Below the pieces are notes generated by a model. That model did not search any database, was not told where the DNA came from, and saw only the letters and a program-made list of their open reading frames with translations. A DNA stretch of 44,369 nt from an uncultured Candidatus Saccharibacteria bacterium. Its GTDB lineage: Bacteria > Patescibacteriota > Minisyncoccia > UBA6257 > HR35. Both the position numbers and the translations under genes were made by a program. The stretch covers positions 1-44,369 of the forward strand of contig CAZZNB010000023.1 in assembly GCA_964655375.1 (NCBI GenBank). The letters run 5' to 3'. Of the stretch, positions 38,979-44,369 are shown one piece after another (position 1 is the stretch's first letter; each line of letters opens with the position of its first letter).

Positions 38979-40431
38979 TTATTAATCTTTTTAACAAATT
39001 TTTTATAATCTTATTAAATTTTTCCCCACGGTCAAATTCATTTTTAAATTTCTCAAATGAAGCTGAAGCTGGTGAAAACAGTACTACTGACAAACGTGAA
39101 TTTAACGCGGATAAACGAGAAGACAAGAAAAAAATTGCTTCTTTTAAATCTTCGAAAATATTTTCTTCAATTAATTGATATTTAATTTTTTTTAGTTCTG
39201 TGATTAACTTTTTAGTTGCACTGCCGTCAAGCAAAATTAAATTTTTAGGCTTTATTTCTTTTTTTATTTTTTTAGCCAATTCTTTAAAATCTAAATTCTT
39301 ATCAGTACCTCCAGTTATTAAAATTAAATTTTTATATTTTCTAGATCTCTCAATGGCATTAATTGTAGCATCAGGAGATGTTGCTGCTGCATCATTGATA
39401 ATTATTAAATTTTTGCTTTGATAAACTATTTCTTGTCTAAATTTTGGTGTTTTAAGCTCTAAAATAAAATTTTTTAATTTTTTAATTTTAACTTCTGGAT
39501 TTTTTATATTTTTAGATTTTAAATAAAGATAAACAGCTAATATAGAAAAGAGTAAGTTATAAAGATTATGCTCTCCATAGATTTCTTTAAATTTTTTAAC
39601 AGAAAAAATTTGGTAATCTTTTTTATCTTTTATAAAAATTTTTCCGTCTTTAACATAAATTCCCCTTTTAGGTTTTCTTTTCAAAGAAACAAAATAAACT
39701 TGACTTTTAGGTTTTAATTTTAAAAAGAATTTTGTCCATTTATTATCTAAATTCAAAATTAAATAATCGTCTTCTTTTTGATTTTGAAAAATTTTAGCTT
39801 TAATACTTGCATATTCTTCAAGGCTAGAGTATCTATTTAAATGATCATTATAAATATTGGTAATAATAGCAATATTTGGTGCTTTTAATCTACTATCATA
39901 AAACTCTAATTGAAATGAAGAAAGTTCTAAAACAGAAAGGGTATTTTCTTTTGTTTTATCTAAAATCTTGAATAAACTCCTTTCCGGCTGATTGCCTCCT
40001 AGAAAGATTGGGAATTTTAAAATTTTCTTTAATAACTCGTAAGTCCAAGTAGTAGTTGTTGTTTTTCCTCTTGTTCCTGTAATAGCAATTATATCTCCTT
40101 TAACATACTTAAAAAATAAATGACAATCATTTACAACCTCTTTTCCTTTTTCTTTTGCATATTTTACCCATTCACTTTTATAGCTTACTCCTGGATTAAA
40201 ATAAACTATATCAGCCCAGTCAATATCTTCAAACCTATGGATCCCTAATATGTATTCAGCTTTTATTTTTTTTAACTTTTGCAGAGAAGATTTAAGTTCT
40301 TTTTTTGTTTTTTTATCAGTAATTCTAATCTTTGCTCCATTTTTATAAAACCACTTAGCTGCTTCAATTCCTCCGCCTAGAAGTCCTAAACCGAAAATTA
40401 AAACTTTTTTATTTTTTATGTCTTTAATCAT
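38968..40431 (-). CDS. murD: UDP-N-acetylmuramoyl-L-alanine--D-glutamate ligase
   Basis: FGLGLLGGG, NPGV, AITGTRGKTTTT, ELSSFQL, NIY.DHLNRY, NDAAAT, GG.DK, SPASASF..FKNEFDRG. Confidence 0.93.
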   Translation of the reverse strand: MIKDIKNKKVLIFGLGLLGGGIEAAKWFYKNGAKIRITDKKTKKELKSSLQKLKKIKAEYILGIHRFEDIDWADIVYFNPGVSYKSEWVKYAKEKGKEVVNDCHLFFKYVKGDIIAITGTRGKTTTTTWTYELLKKILKFPIFLGGNQPERSLFKILDKTKENTLSVLELSSFQLEFYDSRLKAPNIAIITNIYNDHLNRYSSLEEYASIKAKIFQNQKEDDYLILNLDNKWTKFFLKLKPKSQVYFVSLKRKPKRGIYVKDGKIFIKDKKDYQIFSVKKFKEIYGEHNLYNLLFSILAVYLYLKSKNIKNPEVKIKKLKNFILELKTPKFRQEIVYQSKNLIIINDAAATSPDATINAIERSRKYKNLILITGGTDKNLDFKELAKKIKKEIKPKNLILLDGSATKKLITELKKIKYQLIEENIFEDLKEAIFFLSSRLSALNSRLSVVLFSPASASFEKFKNEFDRGEKFNKIIKNLLKRLINEK

Positions 40432-40790
40432 TTAAATTTTAAACCTTTTTGCAAAATTTCTTTTAAAACTACAGCATTATTGTATTTCTTATCTTTAGCT
40501 GAATAAAGTAGATTAGCTTTCTTTTTATTTTTTATAATTTCCTTTAATTTTTTAAAAATTTTTTTATTCTCTTTAATTTCTTTTTTATATCTTTTTTTAA
40601 ATTCTTGCCATTTTGAAGAATAATGGGAAAACCATTTTCTTAATTTATCGCTGGAAGCGATTTCTCTCAACCACAAATCAATCTTTGCTTTTTCTTTTTT
40701 TATTCCTCTCGGCCAAAGTCTATCAACTAAAATTCTAAAACCGTCATTGGCGGAATATTTTTCGTAAATCCTCTTTATATTGATTTTCAT
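40428..40790 (-). CDS. DUF488/YeaO-family protein
   Basis: IKRIYE....DGFRILVDRLWPRGIKKE...DLW, LRKWF, LLYSAKD...NNAVVL. Confidence 0.9.
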   Translation of the reverse strand: MKINIKRIYEKYSANDGFRILVDRLWPRGIKKEKAKIDLWLREIASSDKLRKWFSHYSSKWQEFKKRYKKEIKENKKIFKKLKEIIKNKKKANLLYSAKDKKYNNAVVLKEILQKGLKFK

Positions 40791-41191
40791 TTTATTTTTA
40801 ATTTTTTTAATAACTCGTCTGGATCAACTTCTATTTTGGGAAATTTTGGCCATGTGTCCAGTTTATCATTTTTCAATCTTGGAAAGAGATGAAAATGGAA
40901 ATGAAAAACAGACTGTTGCCCATCTTTACCACTTGCATGTAATAGATTTACTCCCGTGGCGCCTATTTTCTTTTTATATGCTAAAGTTAATTTTTTAGCA
41001 GTTATTACAAGTTTGGACAACAGCTCTTCTGGGATATCGTAAAGATCTTTATAGTGTTTCTTAGGATCAATTAAGGTGTGGCTATAAACTTGAATTGTTC
41101 TAGGCAAAAAGCAAATAACATCTTTGTCCTTATATACAATTTTTGCTGGCTTTTTTCCTTTTATTATCTTACAAAACACACAATTTTTCAT
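40787..41191 (-). CDS. HIT-family hydrolase
   Basis: CVFCKII, HTL..PKKH, GQQSVFHFHFHLFPR (histidine triad). Confidence 0.92.
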   Translation of the reverse strand: MKNCVFCKIIKGKKPAKIVYKDKDVICFLPRTIQVYSHTLIDPKKHYKDLYDIPEELLSKLVITAKKLTLAYKKKIGATGVNLLHASGKDGQQSVFHFHFHLFPRLKNDKLDTWPKFPKIEVDPDELLKKLKIK

Positions 41192-41264
41192 ATATTAATT
41201 TTAATTCAAAATTTACTAAAAATTTAATCTCGGACTGAGAGATAGTTTATGTTAAAATTTAATC

Positions 41265-41485
41265 ATGAAAAATTTAAAAGTTTGGGATTATAAATTACCA
41301 AGAAATTGGAGACTGAAAAATGATTTTGAATGGCAGTGGTATTTAGTTAGAAAAATAAATTATGGTGATTTTAAGGGTTTAAAAATCGAATTGATTAAAA
41401 AATATTGGAGGAAAATTAAAAAAATTTAACACCAGGAAAAAGACTTTTGTTTGAAAACTTTTTCAAATATGAAAATCCTAAATAA
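41265..41485 (+). pseudogene. Small antitoxin-like partner gene, frameshifted in an A7 run
   Basis: MKNLKVWDY...WYLVRKINYG...KKYW stops at 41427-41429. One extra A in the run at 41418-41424 restores ...KKNLTPGKRLLFENFFKYENPK*, overlapping the next ATG. Confidence 0.6.
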
Positions 41486-41603
41486 AACTCAAAAATTGTT
41501 TTAGATGTTTTTTTCAAAATCAGATTTAGTTAAAAATTTTTATTGGGCAGGGGAATTCTTTGAAAAAGAATCCTTGCGGTATTTAAAAAAATTTCTAAAA
41601 TGA
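41469..41603 (+). pseudogene. Remnant of an AbiEii-like nucleotidyltransferase toxin (internal deletion plus stop)
   Basis: MKILNKTQKLF*..FSKSDLVKNFYWAG resembles the AbiEii N-terminus leading into the GG(T) motif, then jumps to a C-terminal-like EFFEKESLRYLKKFLK* whose TGA overlaps the epimerase ATG. Confidence 0.6.
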
Positions 41604-42499
41604 AAATTTTAGTTACAGGTGGGGCAGGATTTATTGGTAGTAATTTGGTTGATAGATTAATTGATGAAGGTTACAAAGTTTTTGTTATCGATAATCTTTC
41701 TTCTGGAAAAAAAGAAAATTTAAATAAAAAAGCAATTTTCTATAAGGCTGATATTTGCAATTTGAATAAAATTTTTCCTTTATTTAAAGGAATTGATTAC
41801 GTTTTTCATTTAGCAGCTAATCCTAGAGTTTTATTTTCTGTAGAAAATCCAATTGAAAGTCATAAAGTTAATGTTGATGGTACTTTAAATGTTTTATATG
41901 CTAGTTATAAAAATAAAGTCAAAAGATTAATTTTTGCTTCAAGTTCTGCTGTTTATGGAAATATAAAAAAATTGCCATTAAGAGAAGATATGAAACCTAA
42001 TCCAATTTCTCCTTATGGACTACATAAATTAATTGGTGAATATTATTGTAAGTTATTTTCCGATCTTTATAATTTAGAAACAGTTTGTTTAAGATATTTT
42101 AATGTTTATGGGCCAAAAATGGATCCTGAAGGACCTTATGCTTTAGTTATTGGAAAATTTTTAAAACTTAAAAAAGAAAATAAACCACTTACAATTTATG
42201 GTAATGGGAAACAAACAAGAGATTTTGTTTATGTTGATGATGTAGTAGGAGCAAATATTTTAGCAATGAAAAGCAAAAAAGTTGGTAAAGGAGAGGTTAT
42301 TAATATATGTTCGGGCAAAAATTATTCAATTAATTATATTGCTAAACTAATTGGAGGAAAGAAAATTTATTTACCAGCAAGAAAAGGAGAAATGAAACAT
42401 ACTTTGGGAGACAATTCTTTAGCTAAAAAACTTTTAGGCTGGAAACCAAAAGTTAATTTAGAAGAAGGAATAAATTATCTACTTAACAACTACTTTTAA
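41600..42499 (+). CDS. NAD-dependent nucleotide-sugar epimerase/dehydratase (extended SDR)
   Basis: TGGAGFIGS, FHLAA, FASSSAVYG, YGLHK (YxxxK), LRYFNVYGP, RDFVYV.D. Confidence 0.95.
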   Translation: MKILVTGGAGFIGSNLVDRLIDEGYKVFVIDNLSSGKKENLNKKAIFYKADICNLNKIFPLFKGIDYVFHLAANPRVLFSVENPIESHKVNVDGTLNVLYASYKNKVKRLIFASSSAVYGNIKKLPLREDMKPNPISPYGLHKLIGEYYCKLFSDLYNLETVCLRYFNVYGPKMDPEGPYALVIGKFLKLKKENKPLTIYGNGKQTRDFVYVDDVVGANILAMKSKKVGKGEVINICSGKNYSINYIAKLIGGKKIYLPARKGEMKHTLGDNSLAKKLLGWKPKVNLEEGINYLLNNYF

Positions 42500-42620
42500 T
42501 TCTACTTTCTTAACATTGCTCACTGGCCAATAGGATTCAACAACAAAGTCTTTATCAGAAATGAATTCTGCTTTAGCAACTTTTCTATGTTTTACTGGCT
42601 ATATTTCAAATTTTTCACTT
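42479..42620 (-). repeat. Direct-repeat copy 1: displaced, degenerate duplicate of the 3' end of the gene at 43905-44369
   Basis: Aligns without gaps at offset 1426 to 43905-44046. Core 42513-42582 versus 43939-44008 matches 69/70. Translates SEKFEI*PVKHRKVAKAEFISDKDFVVESYWPVSNVKKVELKVVVK*. Confidence 0.92.
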
Positions 42621-42669
42621 ATCTCTTAAATTTTTACTTAGCTAAAAAATTTGTTTTTAGTTAACCATT

Positions 42670-42687
42670 CTTATATTATAATATAAG
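42670..42687. promoter_or_regulatory. Perfect 18-bp palindrome CTTATATTATAATATAAG containing the -10 hexamer of the TA operon
   Basis: Self-complementary; TATAAT at 42677-42682 is 6 nt upstream of ATG 42689. Confidence 0.65.
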
Positions 42688-42688
42688 T

Positions 42689-43339
42689 ATGGTTGATTTA
42701 CCAATTTTTAAAAAATTAAAAAAGAAAATACATCAAGAAATTGCCCTTGTGCAAGATCTTTTAGTCCAAGAGGTTTTTAATGTTTTTAAAACTGCTACTT
42801 TGCATGGTGGGACAGCTATTTGGAGATGCTACCAGGGAAATAGATTTTCTGAAGATGTAGATTTTTATATCTCAAAAAAAGAAAAAAACAAAATTAATAT
42901 TTTTTTAAAAAAATTAGAAAGTGCGGATTTTAAAATTTTGAAAAAGAAATTTACCCCAAATGCTTTTTACTCTAAATTAAGAAAAAACGGTATCGAAATT
43001 AGGCTTGAAATTTTATTCAAAGAAGTCAAAAATTACATTACCAAAGAATATGAAACAGTAGAGGGATTAAAATTCACAGTGAATACTTTAAGCGCTGATG
43101 ATTTAATTCAAGAAAAAGTTTTTGCTTATCTCAAACGAAGATTAATTAGAGATATTTATGATATTTATTTTCTTTTAAATTATGCTACAAAAGATAAAGT
43201 TAAAAATATTCTTTCAAAATTATTAAAAAATTTTAAAGAGCCCATTGATGAAAATAGTCTAAAATTTTTAATTATTACTGGAGTAGCGCCGAAATTAGAA
43301 GACATTTTAAATAAAATTAAAAAATATGCACGAGAATAA
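42689..43339 (+). CDS. AbiEii-family nucleotidyltransferase (type IV TA toxin-like)
   Basis: HGGTAIWRCY.GNRFSEDVDF (GGT plus SxDxD), EKVFAY..RR..RDIYDIYFL. Confidence 0.88.
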   Translation: MVDLPIFKKLKKKIHQEIALVQDLLVQEVFNVFKTATLHGGTAIWRCYQGNRFSEDVDFYISKKEKNKINIFLKKLESADFKILKKKFTPNAFYSKLRKNGIEIRLEILFKEVKNYITKEYETVEGLKFTVNTLSADDLIQEKVFAYLKRRLIRDIYDIYFLLNYATKDKVKNILSKLLKNFKEPIDENSLKFLIITGVAPKLEDILNKIKKYARE

Positions 43340-43904
43340 ACACATAAATAAAATAAAAAATTTCATTAAAAAAACACCTGTTTTTTCTTCTAAAGATATA
43401 GAAAGAATTATTAGGAATAAAAGTTATACCCATTTAATTTTAAGTAAGCTTGCAAAAAGAGGTGAAATTTTCAGATTAACAAAAGGATTTTATAGTTCTT
43501 ATGATGATCCTACTTTTTTTGTATTTTATTTTAAACCTGCCTATATTGGACTTTATGATGCTTTAAGTTTAAATAATTTTTGGGAACAAGAAACAAATAC
43601 AACTATCATTACTACCAGAAAAGTTAGAACTGGGATAAGAAAAGTCTTTAATTCTAACGTTATTGTCAAAAGAATTAAACCAAAATACTTTTTTGGTTTT
43701 GATTATTTAAAATATGAGAACTTCTATATTCCTGTTTCTGACCTAGAAAAGACTTTAATTGATATACTATACTTCAAAGAACCATTAACTAAACAAATTT
43801 TGAAAGATGCAGCGAAAAAAATAGAAAAAAGGAAAATTGTAAAGTACTTGAGGTTTTACCCTAAAAATTTTCAGAAATTAGTTTTACATAAGATCAAAAT
43901 TTAA
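43326..43904 (+). CDS. AbiEi-like antitoxin (N-terminal winged helix, C-terminal SDLEKTLID)
   Basis: L..LAKRGEIFRLTKGFY, PAYIG...AL, PVSDLEKTLID.LY; overlaps the toxin stop by 14 nt. Confidence 0.8.
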   Translation: MHENKHINKIKNFIKKTPVFSSKDIERIIRNKSYTHLILSKLAKRGEIFRLTKGFYSSYDDPTFFVFYFKPAYIGLYDALSLNNFWEQETNTTIITTRKVRTGIRKVFNSNVIVKRIKPKYFFGFDYLKYENFYIPVSDLEKTLIDILYFKEPLTKQILKDAAKKIEKRKIVKYLRFYPKNFQKLVLHKIKI

Positions 43905-44046
43905 TTATTTCACTACTATTTTTAATTCTGCTTTTTTGACATTGCTCACTGGCCAATAGGATTCAACAACAAAGTCTTTATCAGCAATGAATTCTGCTTT
44001 AGCAACTTCTCCTGGTTTTATTGGTTCTGTTTTAAATTTTTCACTT
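43905..44046 (-). repeat. Direct-repeat copy 2 (intact 3' end of the cupredoxin-like gene)
   Basis: Partner of 42479-42620; see alignment there. Confidence 0.92.
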
Positions 44047-44369
44047 CTAAACTCTAAACCACCATAATAAACTTTATCTGATCTTACATAAAGATGAAGG
44101 TTAACCCACTCTCCTTTTCTAAATTCCAAACTTGATGGGTAAAAACCATAATCATCTGCTTCAACTTTTGCTTCTACCCGTGTTTGTGTTTGTGTTGTTG
44201 GAGTTTGAAGTATTGGAGTTTTAACAGGACATCTGTCTGTTTTTAACCATCCTGGAGGAATATCACAGGGCGTTGGAAATTCTTTGCATTCTGATGGATT
44301 TTGAGGATTGTAGGCTGGAGTAATTACTTGAATACAGACTCTTGGAGTTGAAGTAACTGGTAACTTTAG
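43905..44369 (-). CDS. Exported-type protein, 3' part: four-Cys mini-domain, Thr-rich linker and cupredoxin-like C-terminal domain (5' end outside window)
   Basis: Frame is open from the window end: ...CIQVITPAYNPQNPSECKEFPTPCDIPPGWLKTDRC...EADDYGFYPSSLEFRKGEWVNL...IKPGEV. The ORF-track start at 44129 is an internal TTG. Confidence 0.75.
   Translation of the reverse strand, partial: LKLPVTSTPRVCIQVITPAYNPQNPSECKEFPTPCDIPPGWLKTDRCPVKTPILQTPTTQTQTRVEAKVEADDYGFYPSSLEFRKGEWVNLHLYVRSDKVYYGGLEFRSEKFKTEPIKPGEVAKAEFIADKDFVVESYWPVSNVKKAELKIVVK

Noticed and set aside
4233-39421. Antisense or alternate-frame ORFs inside gyrB, ileS/ppa, nusA, the 14605 gene, pilins, comM, pgk, the permease, rpsB, tsf, rnhB, dnaE, the HAD gene and murD
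   Set aside because: All overlap well-supported genes and have the F/L/I/S-rich composition expected from reading AT-rich coding DNA backwards.
40780-40998. 72-aa plus-strand ORF
   Set aside because: Antisense to the HIT gene, which has a clear histidine triad.
41415-41429. Programmed -1 frameshift at the A7 run
   Set aside because: The codon phase (AAA AAA ATT) is not a canonical slippery heptamer, and the partner gene is independently destroyed; decay or sequencing error is simpler.
41502-41504. In-frame TAG as a recoded (readthrough) codon
   Set aside because: Explained by compensating indels in two adjacent T-runs, and the ORF has lost its catalytic core anyway.
42479-44046. Direct repeats as a CRISPR array or IS ends
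   Set aside because: Only two long copies of protein-coding sequence, no spacers or cas genes, no terminal inverted repeats or transposase.
44180-44200. TGTTTGTGTTTGTGTTGTTGG short tandem repeat
   Set aside because: It simply encodes the PTTQTQT linker.
1-44369. Alternative genetic code (TGA = Gly, as in Gracilibacteria/Absconditabacteria)
   Set aside because: Conserved genes are full length in the standard code, and TGA ends genes at natural positions (dnaE, ATGA overlaps).

Overview
A very AT-rich, gene-dense 44 kb stretch of bacterial chromosome in the standard genetic code (TGA is used as stop, e.g. the ATGA overlap of dnaE and thpR). The gene content and style point to a Patescibacteria/CPR genome, probably Parcubacteria-like (inference). 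Housekeeping genes include a proS 5' fragment, clpP, gyrB, ileS, ppa, nusA, rpsT, tsaD, pgk, trxB, prfA, rpmE, rpsB, tsf, rnhB, dnaE, thpR and murD. These are mixed with competence genes (dprA, comM), a six-gene array carrying seven VirB2/TrbC-like pilin domains, several exported surface proteins and cell-wall enzymes. The last ~4 kb is accessory: a destroyed toxin-antitoxin pair, an epimerase, and an intact AbiEii/AbiEi-like pair in reversed order, bracketed by a 142-bp direct repeat of a neighbouring gene's 3' end. The most notable items are: a complete histidine-phosphatase domain inserted in IleRS; an RF1 lacking domain 1; a possible two-pilin polyprotein with a recurrent internal YA-Q processing-like motif; TST-motif enrichment in exported proteins; widespread leaderless -10 promoters; DnaA boxes in two divergent promoters; and two divergent genes whose start codons share one CATG. 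I saw no rRNA, tRNA, CRISPR array, integrase or transposase. All family assignments come from motif recognition by eye, not from database searches.
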